Shown one piece after another: positions 17,104-27,043 of a DNA stretch of 64,000 bases. The stretch is from Bacteroidales bacterium (GTDB lineage Bacteria; Bacteroidota; Bacteroidia; Bacteroidales; WCHB1-69), in NCBI GenBank assembly GCA_017506175.1, contig JAFVNW010000018.1, positions 1,056-65,055 of the forward strand, written 5' to 3'. The notes below the pieces were generated by a model. It was not told where the DNA came from and did no database searches. It worked only from the letters and a program-made list of their open reading frames with translations. Both the position numbers and the translations under genes were made by a program. Positions within the stretch are counted from its first letter, which is position 1. Every line of letters starts with the position of its first letter.

Positions 17104-17151
17104 TTGTTGGGTTGTCAAGGATGTGCATTGCAGCCCAACAATGTTTTTTTT
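17104..17151 (+). terminator. Rho-independent terminator closing the rSAM-peptide-membrane-lipoprotein run
   Basis: TTGTTGGGTTG ... CAGCCCAACAA forms an 11-bp stem with one G-U pair, followed by a T8 tract (17144-17151). Confidence 0.75.
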
Positions 17152-17339
17152 ACAGATAATGATATGGCTGAATTCGTGGCTGTTTCGTCTTCCGCGGCAT
17201 CACCTGCGGTGCTCTCCGTACCTGCCGCCCGTACCGCGGGCTGACACACGGGGCTATAATGCGGCCTTCACCCTCCACGAATCATTATTCTGGCGCTTTT
17301 CGGAATCGTTGATTTCATAATTCGCAATGCAGAATGCTA

Positions 17340-18308
17340 TCAGTGATTATACACCCAATGGATTTCGTTGTGGTTGATTTCCAACGTTTTGTCTGCATTT
17401 TGGGAAATGATGGGTGCGGGAGTTCCTTCACTCCATTTCTGGTTTCCGACCAAGATGCGTGCTTCGTCCCAGAGACCTGATTGAATAAACAGGTCCAATG
17501 TTTTCCGGCCGCCCTCCACGATCACCGACTGGATCTTGTCTTCGTAGAGTGCATGCAAGGCTTCTTCCAAATCGTTGGAAATTAGGTTGAAATCGGGAGG
17601 AGTGGGGAGATTATTCAAGCGGTTTTTATCCAGCATCAGATATTTTCTCGGATTGTTTCCTGGATAATAGCGTGTGGTGAGTTGCGGGTGGTCGTTAGCA
17701 TAAGTGTTGTAGCCGATGAGGATGGCCTGTTCTTCGCTGCGCCATTTGTGTGCTATCACGCGCAGTTCTTGGTTCGTTATCCAATAACTGTCTGAGGGTG
17801 AATGTCTTACGATGTCCATATAGCCATCAGCCGTTTGGGCCCATTTGAGGATGATATAGGGGCGATGTTTTTTGTGGTAGGTGAAGAAGCGGCAGTTTAG
17901 CTTCTCGCACTCTTTAGCTAACACGTTGGTAATCACATCAATTCCGGCATTACGAAGTTTGGATACTCCTTTCCCGTTCACCTTGTCGTGGGGGTCGCAG
18001 GTCCCGATGACCACGCGCGGGATGCCCGTTTCGATGAGTTTGTCGGCGCAGGGTGGTGTTTTCCCGTAATGCGAGCAGGGTTCCAGATTGACGTAGATGG
18101 TGGATTCCTTGAGCAGTTCCGGCTCTTTCACGGAGCGGAGTGCGTTGATTTCAGCGTGCGCTTCGCCGTATTTCCGATGGTAGCCTTCGCCGATGATGCG
18201 GTTGTTGTGTACAATCACCGCGCCCACCATCGGGTTGGGTTGCACGTTGCCCAGTCCCAATCGGGCGAGTTGTAGGCAGCGGTGCATGTATGTTTCGTGT
18301 GAGGGCAT
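17340..18308 (-). CDS. ribD: Bifunctional riboflavin biosynthesis deaminase/reductase
   Basis: Deaminase zinc motifs (HAEINAL, PCSHYGKTPPC) plus a C-terminal reductase domain. The start was taken at MPSHETY (18308), adjacent to the upstream stop; the track start 18332 is an alternative. Confidence 0.9.
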   Translation of the reverse strand: MPSHETYMHRCLQLARLGLGNVQPNPMVGAVIVHNNRIIGEGYHRKYGEAHAEINALRSVKEPELLKESTIYVNLEPCSHYGKTPPCADKLIETGIPRVVIGTCDPHDKVNGKGVSKLRNAGIDVITNVLAKECEKLNCRFFTYHKKHRPYIILKWAQTADGYMDIVRHSPSDSYWITNQELRVIAHKWRSEEQAILIGYNTYANDHPQLTTRYYPGNNPRKYLMLDKNRLNNLPTPPDFNLISNDLEEALHALYEDKIQSVIVEGGRKTLDLFIQSGLWDEARILVGNQKWSEGTPAPIISQNADKTLEINHNEIHWVYNH

Positions 18309-18309
18309 C

Positions 18310-20256
18310 TTACATTGTCTTCTCATTGTCAATCACCCATTTCATGTAGAGGAGGGCGGCGACGCTCCATGCTTGCGATATGCAGCCGTTGGGGCGGTGC
18401 GGGGGTGCCCCGTCGTAAATCTCGCCGATGGTTGAAATACCGTAGTCTTTGATGTCGCGTTCGAAATCGTAGAATAGTTTTTCGATGACGGGGAGAGCTT
18501 TTTTCTGGTGTACGGAAACCAGCGTGTCGGTGAGGGGAATGAGCAGCCAAGGCCAGCAGGTGCCTTGATGGTAAGCGGCGTCGCGCTCTTCCTGGTTGCC
18601 GTGGTAGTAGCCTTTGTAGTCGGGGTCGTTGGGTGAGAGAGTGCGCAGGCCTCGGGTGGTGAGCAGCTCTTCGGTGCATTTCTTGAGTATCAGCTGGCGG
18701 ATTTTCTCGCTGATGGCGGAATAGGGGAGTGCGGCGGCAATCAGCATGTTGGGGCGCACTTGGAAATTCTGGAAGTCGCCATCCACAAAGTCGGCGAGCC
18801 AGCCCTTTTCCTTCGACCAGAAAGTTGCTTTGAAGACGGTGGGAAGTGCCTTGACAATCTCTTTCCACTCTTCCACGAATTCTTTGTCCCTGGCCAGTTT
18901 TGCCATTTCGCTTGCGAAGCACAAAGCGTTGTACCACAAAGCGTTGATTTCAACTTGGCAGCCGGTTCTCGGGGTGACGGGTTGCCCGTTCACGATGGCG
19001 TCCATCCATGTGAGGGCTTTGCCTTCGCAGCCGGCGTAAATCAGCCCGTTGTCCAACATCCTGATATTGAAGAGGGTTCCGTTTTTGTAGGCGGAAATAA
19101 TGGATTTCATGGCAGGGCCATACTCCTTCCAGATTTTTCTTTCGGTGTGGGTGTAATGGGCGTATGCCTGAAGTGTGCGGATGAACCAGAGGGGCGCGTC
19201 CACGGAGTTGTAGGCGTGTTGGTTTCCGCAGCCGATATTGGGGAAGAGACCGTCTTTCAGGTCGTTGAGCATGTTGTCCATGATCTCCTTGCAGAGGTCG
19301 GTTTTGCCGAGTGCGAGGGTGAGGCCGGGCAGGGCGATGAAGGTGTCGCGCCCCCAACTGCCGAACCACGGGTAACCGGCGATGACTTCGGTTTTGCCGT
19401 TGCGTTTCACGATGAACTGTTCGGCGGCGTTGCGAAGGCAGTTGAAGTAGGTGCTGCGGCCGGTGTGCGACTGGATTTCGTCGTCGTATAGCTTTTCGAT
19501 GGATGCGGTATTGATTGCCTCGGTGCCGATGGTGATGTAGAGAACCTGGTTTTTCAGTTTCACGGTCAGTTTCCCCGGGTTGAGCAAATCCTCATGTCCT
19601 TCGTAGCCCCGTTTGATTTCCTCTTCGTATTCGAAATTCTCGTACCACACGGGCTGATGCTCGTAGTAGATCTCTTCGGAACATTGGATATAGACTGGAG
19701 TGTAATTTTCGTACAGACAATACTTTACGCCGTTTTCGCACCAATCGAAGCCGGTGTTCGCGGCATCGTTTTTGTGGGTGAGGCGGTGGATTTGGCGGAA
19801 GGCGAGCAGGGGGTGAAACTGGAAAGAGACAGACTCGACATCATCGAGGATGGTGTATTTGATGATCATGCGATCGGCGTTGTTGAGGAAGAGTATTTCG
19901 CTTTTGAAGTTGAATTTCCCGACGCGGAAGTAGTAGGTGGGTACGGGGTCGGCCTCGAAGCGCTGCATGTACTTGTTGCCTTTGGGGTCGATGACGCCGC
20001 CCTTGTACTGGTTTACGCCGAGGCGGAACTCCATGTCGTTCATGATGACGCTCTCGTTGAGGTTGGAGACGAGCACGTGGCGTTCGTGGTCGATATGGTC
20101 TTGCGGCACGATGAACAGGCCGTGGTACTTGCGTGTGTTGAGGCGCAGCAGCGACCTGTTGGCAAAAGAACCGGTGCGGCTGCAGCGGAGGAGTTCGCGT
20201 TCTTTGGCGAACTCAATGTTGGATAGTTTCTCCTTGTCAAAAACGATGTAATTCAT
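18310..20256 (-). CDS. Glycogen debranching enzyme family protein (amylo-alpha-1,6-glucosidase type)
   Basis: 648 aa. Its N-terminal domain (RTGSFANRSLLRLNTRKYHGLF) and C-terminal (alpha/alpha)6 GDE_C-like region (GYPWFGSWGRDTFI, CWPWL) match this family. Confidence 0.85.
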   Translation of the reverse strand: MNYIVFDKEKLSNIEFAKERELLRCSRTGSFANRSLLRLNTRKYHGLFIVPQDHIDHERHVLVSNLNESVIMNDMEFRLGVNQYKGGVIDPKGNKYMQRFEADPVPTYYFRVGKFNFKSEILFLNNADRMIIKYTILDDVESVSFQFHPLLAFRQIHRLTHKNDAANTGFDWCENGVKYCLYENYTPVYIQCSEEIYYEHQPVWYENFEYEEEIKRGYEGHEDLLNPGKLTVKLKNQVLYITIGTEAINTASIEKLYDDEIQSHTGRSTYFNCLRNAAEQFIVKRNGKTEVIAGYPWFGSWGRDTFIALPGLTLALGKTDLCKEIMDNMLNDLKDGLFPNIGCGNQHAYNSVDAPLWFIRTLQAYAHYTHTERKIWKEYGPAMKSIISAYKNGTLFNIRMLDNGLIYAGCEGKALTWMDAIVNGQPVTPRTGCQVEINALWYNALCFASEMAKLARDKEFVEEWKEIVKALPTVFKATFWSKEKGWLADFVDGDFQNFQVRPNMLIAAALPYSAISEKIRQLILKKCTEELLTTRGLRTLSPNDPDYKGYYHGNQEERDAAYHQGTCWPWLLIPLTDTLVSVHQKKALPVIEKLFYDFERDIKDYGISTIGEIYDGAPPHRPNGCISQAWSVAALLYMKWVIDNEKTM

Positions 20257-20283
20257 TTGCGGACTTGAAATTTAATCAGGCGG

Positions 20284-20291
20284 CAAAGATA
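20284..20291 (-). promoter_or_regulatory. -7 promoter box (TATCTTTG, minus strand) for the debranching-enzyme/ribD unit
   Basis: CAAAGATA on the plus strand, about 28 nt upstream of the ATG at 20256. Confidence 0.5.
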
Positions 20292-20460
20292 ACATTTTTT
20301 TTTGAGTGGGGGGATGCAATCAAGGTTGTAGAAATTTTAAAATCTGGTATGTGTCATCTGCTCCTCGGCTTCATCGATTAATTTTGTATTTTTGCCGCCT
20401 AGAAAACGCTCAGGCAGATGAAGCGTTTCCTGTTTAATTAATCTATCTTAATCTACCGTT

Positions 20461-22260
20461 ATGAAAATGAGAAAAATTCAATTTGTACTGGGATTTCTCC
20501 TCTCTTTGGCTCTGGTGGGGAGAGCGCAAGTGGTTACGCCCGGCACGGGGCATGCTTACACATTCGCAGAGTTGGCGGAACTCTATCCCGCTGCCGTCAC
20601 TGCCGACAGCATGGGAAATGTGCACCTGCTGCAAGACCTCACCCTCTCCGTAGGCGACACACTGCTGATAGAGGCTGGCCTTCAGCGACTGGAACTCCAT
20701 AATACGTTGACAATCACTATTTCTGGTGCCATCGTCTGTGCAGACCGAACCGACACGCTCGTTGTTGCCGCCCTCCTCGACAACGCCAGCACCGAGCCGT
20801 ACGAACTCCGTTTCGAAGACGCTCCCGCCAGCACCTTGCAGCAGATCCGGTTCGAGAACGGCAAGGACATCTTCCTGGCGCATAGCGATGTGGCGTTCGT
20901 TCGCTGCGAGTTCACGGGATTTGTGGAGGCGGCGGTTCGGATGATGAACTGCAACCCGCGGATCGTCGCCTGTGACTTCCACGACAACCGCGCCGCCGCC
21001 GTCAACTCGCCCGCCAACGCAAGTGCGTCGCCGCAGATTCTCAACAGCCGATTCTACAACAATGTGCTCGATAATGCCAACACACCGCAGCTCAACCTCG
21101 GCACTGGCGGCGCCGACACCATCCTCATCCAGGGCAACACCATCGAAGGCGTGGCCAGCGATATGAGCGGCGGCATCGCCATCTCCAACCTGATGGGCAG
21201 CAGCGAGCTCACTTGTGCTGTGCTGCGCGGCAATCGCATCCTCCACAACCGCTATGGATTCACCCAGAACGGCACCAACATCCGAGTGCTCATTGAAGAG
21301 AACGACATCATTGATAACAACTTGGAAACCAACCCGATGAACGGCGGCAGCGGCATCTCCATCTACGGCAACGACACCACCTGCTACGCCCGTATCCGCA
21401 ACAACACCATCGCCGGAAACCTCTGGGGCGTGACCGCCATTTACCGCTACCATATCGACATGGGTACAGCCGATGACTGGGGACGTAACGTGCTGTACGA
21501 CAATGGAAACGGCGGCACCACCTATGCCTTTTCCATGAGCCAGTACTCCACCCTCGATGTCACGGCCGTTGGCAACTATTGGGGCGCCAACGACACTGCT
21601 TTCGCTGAAAGCGTCATCCTGCACCAGGCCGACAACCCTTCGCTGGGGCGCGTGGAGTTCCTTCCCATCATGCCGTTAGAGCCGACTTTCCTGGGCTTTA
21701 TGGACATCTATGAAGGCGACACACTCTATTTGTCGGATGCGGATTATGTGCCGGGAATCTATTATGAGGAGTCTGATCCTGATGTCTATTTGTATTTTTA
21801 TCCTTCGCTCTTTGGATTTTATGCTTTTGAACACGCAGAGAATTGTGAGATTATACCCATCGTGCCGCGAGGTGTGGCCTATGAAGTCGTATCAGATGGG
21901 AGCGAATGGGGCGAGTCTTGGTATGGACGCACCATCAACTTCCGTTTTTCTGTACCTCATGGAGATACATTATTGACATCTGTTCATCTATATGTCCAAG
22001 ATGACGGTGTGGAGGAAGAAGCACTTCCATCTTTGCGCATCTATCCCAATCCCGTGAAAGGAAACCACTTCACGGTGGATGGATGGGGCGATGGAACGGC
22101 CGTTGTTACGGTCTATGATGTCAACGGGCGGATGGTCTGCCGTCGCGGGAATGTGCTGCCGGGCAGCACGGTCGCTGTTGGCGGCTGGCGTCCCGGCATC
22201 TACTTCGTACAGATCCGGCAAGGAAATGCCCAATGGACAGCGAAGGTGGTACGGTATTAG
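20461..22260 (+). CDS. Secreted right-handed beta-helix repeat protein with T9SS C-terminal sorting domain
   Basis: Signal peptide (LALVGRAQ). Repeated N-x-I/L-x-x-N beta-helix turns. The C-terminus LRIYPNPVKGNHFTV...VTVYDVNGRMV...PGIYFVQIRQGN...KVVRY is typical of Por/T9SS type A CTDs. Confidence 0.8.
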   Translation: MKMRKIQFVLGFLLSLALVGRAQVVTPGTGHAYTFAELAELYPAAVTADSMGNVHLLQDLTLSVGDTLLIEAGLQRLELHNTLTITISGAIVCADRTDTLVVAALLDNASTEPYELRFEDAPASTLQQIRFENGKDIFLAHSDVAFVRCEFTGFVEAAVRMMNCNPRIVACDFHDNRAAAVNSPANASASPQILNSRFYNNVLDNANTPQLNLGTGGADTILIQGNTIEGVASDMSGGIAISNLMGSSELTCAVLRGNRILHNRYGFTQNGTNIRVLIEENDIIDNNLETNPMNGGSGISIYGNDTTCYARIRNNTIAGNLWGVTAIYRYHIDMGTADDWGRNVLYDNGNGGTTYAFSMSQYSTLDVTAVGNYWGANDTAFAESVILHQADNPSLGRVEFLPIMPLEPTFLGFMDIYEGDTLYLSDADYVPGIYYEESDPDVYLYFYPSLFGFYAFEHAENCEIIPIVPRGVAYEVVSDGSEWGESWYGRTINFRFSVPHGDTLLTSVHLYVQDDGVEEEALPSLRIYPNPVKGNHFTVDGWGDGTAVVTVYDVNGRMVCRRGNVLPGSTVAVGGWRPGIYFVQIRQGNAQWTAKVVRY

Positions 22261-22263
22261 CAA

Positions 22264-24390
22264 TCAGTTGTTAACGATCTCAAAGTCCATCTGGCGTTTG
22301 TTCAAATCCACGGCGATGACTTTCACCTTGATGGTGTCGCCGAAGCGGTAGTTGTGGCCTTTGTGCAAGCCGACGAGCGTGTAGTTCTCCTCGTCAATGT
22401 AGTAGAAGTCGTCGGTGAATTTGCGCAGCGGAATCAATCCTTCGCATTTCGATTCCTTGAGTTCGGCGAAAACGCCCCACTTGCCGATGCCACTGACCGT
22501 CGCCTCGAATACCTGTCCAATTTTGTCTTCCAGGAACTCCGCCTGTTTGTACTTGATGGAGGTTCGTTCAGCTTCCGTCGCCTTCTGCTCCATCTGTGAG
22601 CAGTGCTTGCAGTACTCTTCGTACTCGTTGGCATCCACCGACGGCTGTTTCTGCATGTAAGCGTCCAACAGCCGGTGCACCATCAGGTCGGGATAGCGGC
22701 GGATAGGGGAGGTGAAGTGGGTGTAAAACGGAAACGCCAGTCCGTAGTGGCCGATGTTTTCGGTAGAATAGACAGCGCGTGCCATTGTGCGGATCGACAG
22801 TTTGCAGAGCATCTCGTATTCGGGCTTGTCTTTTGCCTGCGCAAACATTGTATTGAAGGAGCTTGCCAGCATCTTCGGCGTGCCCGTCTTGAAATCGTAT
22901 CCGATTTTCTTTACGAAATTCTTGAAAGTCAGCAATTTGTCATCCAACGGCTTGTCGTGGATACGATATACGAAGGTCTTGGGCTCTTTGTTGTTGGGGG
23001 TGCGTCTCCCGATTTTTTCCGCCACTTTCTTGTTGGCTAAAAGCATGAACTCCTCGATCATGAAGTTGGCTTCGGTGGATATTTTGAGTTCCACGCTGAT
23101 GGGTTTGGCATTCTCGTCCAACTTGAATCGCACCTCCTCTGTTTCGAAGTTGATGGCGTTGTTTTCAAAGCGCTTCTTTCTCAGGATTCGTGCCAAAGCG
23201 TTGATTGTCAGTATTTCGTTGGCGAGTTTGCCCTCGCCGCTGTCGATGGTTTTCTGTACCTCTTCGTAGCAGAAGCGTTCGTTGGAGTTGATGACGGTGT
23301 GCCCGATCCACTCCTTGACCACCTTGGCGTTGTCGTCCATATCGAAAACGGCGCTGAAGCAGAGCTTGTCCTCGTGCGGGCGCAGGGAACAGAGGTTGTT
23401 GGAGAGTGCCTCCGGCAACATCGGGATGGTGCGGTCAACGAGATAGACGCTTGTACCGCGTTCGTAGGCCTCTTTGTCGATGAGCGATCCGGGCTTGACG
23501 TAGTGCGATACATCGGCGATGTGTACGCCGATGCGGTGGTTGCCGTTGGGCAGTTTTTCATACGAAAGCGCATCGTCGAAGTCCTTGGCATCACTCGGGT
23601 CGATGGTGAAAGTGGTGATTTTACGGAAGTCTTTCCTGCCTTTTATTTCTTCAGCAGAAATCTGATTGCCAAGACTTTGCGCTTCAAATTCCACCTCTTT
23701 GGGGAAGGTGAGCGGGAAGTCGTTTTCCGCCAAAATGGATTGCATCTCCACGTTGTTGTCGCCGGGTTTGCCCAGTACGTTAATCACTTCGCCGATGGGA
23801 TTCTTGCTCCCTTGTGTCCAATCCACGATTTTGACGACTACTTTGTTGCCGTTTTTGGCTTTTCTGAGAAGCCGTGTGGGGATGAGGATGTCGCGGCGAT
23901 AGGAGGAGCTGTCGGGGATGAAGAAGGCGATGCCCTTTTCAATGTGGATGATGCCGACGACTTGTTTCTGGCTGCGTTCAAGGATTTCTACGATTTGGCC
24001 TTCCGGTTTGCGGTCTTCGCGGGGCGGAAACACAAGCACCTTCACAAGGTCGTTGGGTAAGGCGTTGCTCATGTTGCGTTCGGCAATGTAGATGTCTTCT
24101 TTTTCGCCCTCTTGCAGCACGAATGCCGCGCCGCTGTATTTCACCTCAAGCCGCCCTGTCACGTAGTTGCGGCCCGTGGTGGTCTTGTCAAGGTATTTGC
24201 CGTTGATGCGGTATTTGCCGCGACTGGTCTGGATGAGGATTTTGGCACGGACGAACTTCTCGATGATTTTGCGTACTTCCTCGCGTCCTTTCTTGTCGAA
24301 GATGTGGATTTTGGCGGCAATCTGTTTGTAATTGAGTTTGTCGTTGGTGCCCGTTAAGGCTTCGATTATTTTGTTTTCAAGGTTTTGCAT
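22264..24390 (-). CDS. rnr: Ribonuclease R
   Basis: 708 aa with cold-shock-like N-terminal domains, an RNB catalytic domain (TIDPSDAKDFDDALS) and a C-terminal S1 domain. Confidence 0.9.
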   Translation of the reverse strand: MQNLENKIIEALTGTNDKLNYKQIAAKIHIFDKKGREEVRKIIEKFVRAKILIQTSRGKYRINGKYLDKTTTGRNYVTGRLEVKYSGAAFVLQEGEKEDIYIAERNMSNALPNDLVKVLVFPPREDRKPEGQIVEILERSQKQVVGIIHIEKGIAFFIPDSSSYRRDILIPTRLLRKAKNGNKVVVKIVDWTQGSKNPIGEVINVLGKPGDNNVEMQSILAENDFPLTFPKEVEFEAQSLGNQISAEEIKGRKDFRKITTFTIDPSDAKDFDDALSYEKLPNGNHRIGVHIADVSHYVKPGSLIDKEAYERGTSVYLVDRTIPMLPEALSNNLCSLRPHEDKLCFSAVFDMDDNAKVVKEWIGHTVINSNERFCYEEVQKTIDSGEGKLANEILTINALARILRKKRFENNAINFETEEVRFKLDENAKPISVELKISTEANFMIEEFMLLANKKVAEKIGRRTPNNKEPKTFVYRIHDKPLDDKLLTFKNFVKKIGYDFKTGTPKMLASSFNTMFAQAKDKPEYEMLCKLSIRTMARAVYSTENIGHYGLAFPFYTHFTSPIRRYPDLMVHRLLDAYMQKQPSVDANEYEEYCKHCSQMEQKATEAERTSIKYKQAEFLEDKIGQVFEATVSGIGKWGVFAELKESKCEGLIPLRKFTDDFYYIDEENYTLVGLHKGHNYRFGDTIKVKVIAVDLNKRQMDFEIVNN

Positions 24391-24540
24391 TTTTTTTGAT
24401 AGTAGTTAAGTGATTAATAATTAGTGAGTTTGTAGAAATCTAAGTTTTACATTATTTCTGACATGCAATGATTTTTGGCAATAATCCCTCTGTGTTAGGA
24501 GTTGTTTTGATCCTATGGAAACTATTGCTGATAGCGGTTG

Positions 24541-25215
24541 TCATGCCAAAATTTTCTCCATTTCGCCGGAGAGCGGGGCTTCCACTTCAATCATCTTGTG
24601 GTTGACGGGATGTTCGAAGATGACTTTGGAGGCGTGGAGGGAGATGGAGCCATCGCGGTTGGAGCGGTGTGCGCCGTATTTCAAATCCCCTTTGATGATG
24701 GTGCCGTTGGCGGCCAGTTGTGCGCGTATCTGATGGTGCCGCCCGGTTACCAATGTGACTTCCAACAAAGTGTAATGGTCTAATTGTCTGAGGGTTCTGT
24801 ATGAAAGTTCAGCTTTTTGCCACCCCTCTTTTTCGGTGTGTGTGACGTATGTTTTGTTGTTTTTCTCGTTTTTCTGCACCCAGTCAATGAGGGTCCGTTC
24901 GGGGATGAGCGGGGCTTTTTCGGTCAGGGCGAGGTAGATTTTGGTGATTTTGCGGGCTTTCACCAGTTCGTTCATTCGGGCAAGTGCTTTGGAGGTTTTG
25001 GTGAAGATGACCACGCCGCTTACGGGGCGGTCGATGCGGTGGACAAGTCCGCAGAAGACGTTGCCTTCTTTGTGATAACGTGCTTTGAGGTAGGATTTTA
25101 CGTCGTCAATGAGCGGTTTGTCGCCGGTTTTGTCGCCCTGCACGATTTCACCGGCCATTTTGTTGATGATGATGAGGTGGTTGTCCTCGTAGAGAATTCG
25201 GGTGGCGAGATCCAT
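24541..25215 (-). CDS. RluA family pseudouridine synthase
   Basis: Catalytic Asp motif HRIDRPVSGVVIF and C-terminal HQIRAQL block. 224 aa, no S4 domain. Confidence 0.85.
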   Translation of the reverse strand: MDLATRILYEDNHLIIINKMAGEIVQGDKTGDKPLIDDVKSYLKARYHKEGNVFCGLVHRIDRPVSGVVIFTKTSKALARMNELVKARKITKIYLALTEKAPLIPERTLIDWVQKNEKNNKTYVTHTEKEGWQKAELSYRTLRQLDHYTLLEVTLVTGRHHQIRAQLAANGTIIKGDLKYGAHRSNRDGSISLHASKVIFEHPVNHKMIEVEAPLSGEMEKILA

Positions 25216-26033
25216 TAATACTGTTCTTTGTCGTTGGGAAATTGCATGGTTTTCACATCTTCAATGTAATTGCCGACGGCGCGGATGATTTCCTCGCTCA
25301 GGTTGTGGTATCTGCGAAGGAATCTGGGGGAGAACTGCTGGGTGATGCCGAGCATGTCGTGAAGTACGAGCACTTGTCCGTTGGTATCATGACCGGCGCC
25401 GATGCCGATGACGGGGATGTGAACGCTTTCCGTCACCTGTTTGGCTACTTCAGCGGGGATCTTCTCAAGTACAATGGAGAAGCAGCCGAGTTTTTCCAGC
25501 AGTTGCGCATCGCTGAGCAGTTTTTCCACTTCGGCATCTTCGGTGGCGCGTACGGCGTAAGTCCCGAACTTGTTGATTGACTGGGGGGTAAGTCCGAGAT
25601 GGCCCATCACTGGTATGCCGGCGCAGAGGATTCTCTCTATGGACTCGTGAATCTCCTCGCCGCCCTCCAGTTTCACTGCATCGGCTCCCGATTCTTTCAT
25701 AATGCGGATGGCAGAGTGGAGTGCGTCTTTCGAGTTCCCCTGATAGGTCCCGAATGGCATATCCACTACCACCAGAGCCCTTTCCACAGCGCGCACTACC
25801 GATGAAGCATGGTAAATCATCTCGTCGAGGGTGATGGGAAGTGTGGTCTTGTAACCTGCCATCACGTTTGCTGCGGAGTCGCCTACAAGGACGACATCGA
25901 TTCTCGCAATGTCCAATAGTTTTGCGAGAGAGTAGTCGTATGCAGTCAGCATCGCGATTTTCTCGTTCTCATCGCGCATCCGCTGCAAAATCTTCGTTGT
26001 GACTTTATTTACGTCGCTTGATAGATAGGCCAT
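25215..26033 (-). CDS. panB: 3-methyl-2-oxobutanoate hydroxymethyltransferase
   Basis: [31 protein letters not shown] and VKLEGG blocks. 272 aa. Confidence 0.9.
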   Translation of the reverse strand: MAYLSSDVNKVTTKILQRMRDENEKIAMLTAYDYSLAKLLDIARIDVVLVGDSAANVMAGYKTTLPITLDEMIYHASSVVRAVERALVVVDMPFGTYQGNSKDALHSAIRIMKESGADAVKLEGGEEIHESIERILCAGIPVMGHLGLTPQSINKFGTYAVRATEDAEVEKLLSDAQLLEKLGCFSIVLEKIPAEVAKQVTESVHIPVIGIGAGHDTNGQVLVLHDMLGITQQFSPRFLRRYHNLSEEIIRAVGNYIEDVKTMQFPNDKEQY

Positions 26034-26059
26034 TTTTTATGAATGATGGGTGATGTTGA

Positions 26060-27016
26060 TTAGCAATCAATTTTCTTTTCAATTTGGTACTTGTTTCGGT
26101 TGGTGTCGGCACCGGAAATCAGTTCGCCGATGAAGCCTGCGAGAAAGAGCTGGCAGCCGATAATGATCGCAATCAGCGACAGGTAGAACAAGGGCTGATC
26201 CGTTACCTGACGGAATATCTCGCCGTTGGATTGCAGCACTAATTTCTTGATGATGAGAATGATAGCGAGAATGATTCCGATGACGAAGGTCACGCTGCCC
26301 CACAAGCCGAAGAAGTGCATCGGTTGTTTTTTGAATCGGTTGGTGAAGGTCAGCGTCATCAAATCCAGGTAGCCGTTCACGAAGCGGTTCCATCCGAATT
26401 TGGAGGTTCCGTATTTTCGTTTTTGATGGTGAACCACCTTCTCTCCGATTTTCGTGAAGCCTGCCCATTTTGCAATTACGGGAATGTAACGGTGCATCTC
26501 GCTGTAAATATCGATGTTTTTCACCACCTCGTTGCGGTAGGCTTTCAGCCCGCAATTGAAGTCGTGAAGTTTGATGCCGGAGATGCGGCGCGTTGTCCAA
26601 TTGAACAGCTTGGAGGGGATGTTTTTGAGCAGTACATTGTCGTAACGCTTTTGTTTCCAGCCGGATACGACATCGTAGCCTTCGTTGATAATCATCCTGT
26701 ACAGTTCTGGAATCTCGTCGGGGCTGTCTTGCAGGTCGGCATCCATCGTGATGACCACATCCCCTTGGCATACGGCGAAAGCGGTGTTCAGGGCGGCGGA
26801 TTTGCCGTAATTTCTGCGGAATTTGATGCCCTTGATATTCGGGTTCTTGCTATGAAGCTCTTCAATCACCTTCCATGAACGGTCGGTGGAGCCGTCGTCC
26901 ACCATCACGATTTCGTAACTCAATGTCTGTTCCGCCGTAACGCGTTCAATCCATGCCGTCAATTCGGGAAGGGATTCTTCTTCGTTGTATAATGGGATAA
27001 TAACAGATAAATCCAT
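26060..27016 (-). CDS. Family 2 glycosyltransferase (polyprenol-phosphate sugar transferase, GtrB/DPM1-like) with two C-terminal TM helices
   Basis: LSVIIPLYNEEESL, VMVDDGSTD and DADLQD motifs, with 2 TM segments at the C-terminus. Confidence 0.8.
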   Translation of the reverse strand: MDLSVIIPLYNEEESLPELTAWIERVTAEQTLSYEIVMVDDGSTDRSWKVIEELHSKNPNIKGIKFRRNYGKSAALNTAFAVCQGDVVITMDADLQDSPDEIPELYRMIINEGYDVVSGWKQKRYDNVLLKNIPSKLFNWTTRRISGIKLHDFNCGLKAYRNEVVKNIDIYSEMHRYIPVIAKWAGFTKIGEKVVHHQKRKYGTSKFGWNRFVNGYLDLMTLTFTNRFKKQPMHFFGLWGSVTFVIGIILAIILIIKKLVLQSNGEIFRQVTDQPLFYLSLIAIIIGCQLFLAGFIGELISGADTNRNKYQIEKKIDC

Positions 27017-27043
27017 CTTTTAATCTTTTAATCTCTTAATCTC

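Noticed and set aside
20443-21624. 393-aa minus-strand ORF
   Set aside because: It is antisense to the T9SS beta-helix protein gene. It has no motifs and has low-complexity Val/Gly/Ala composition.
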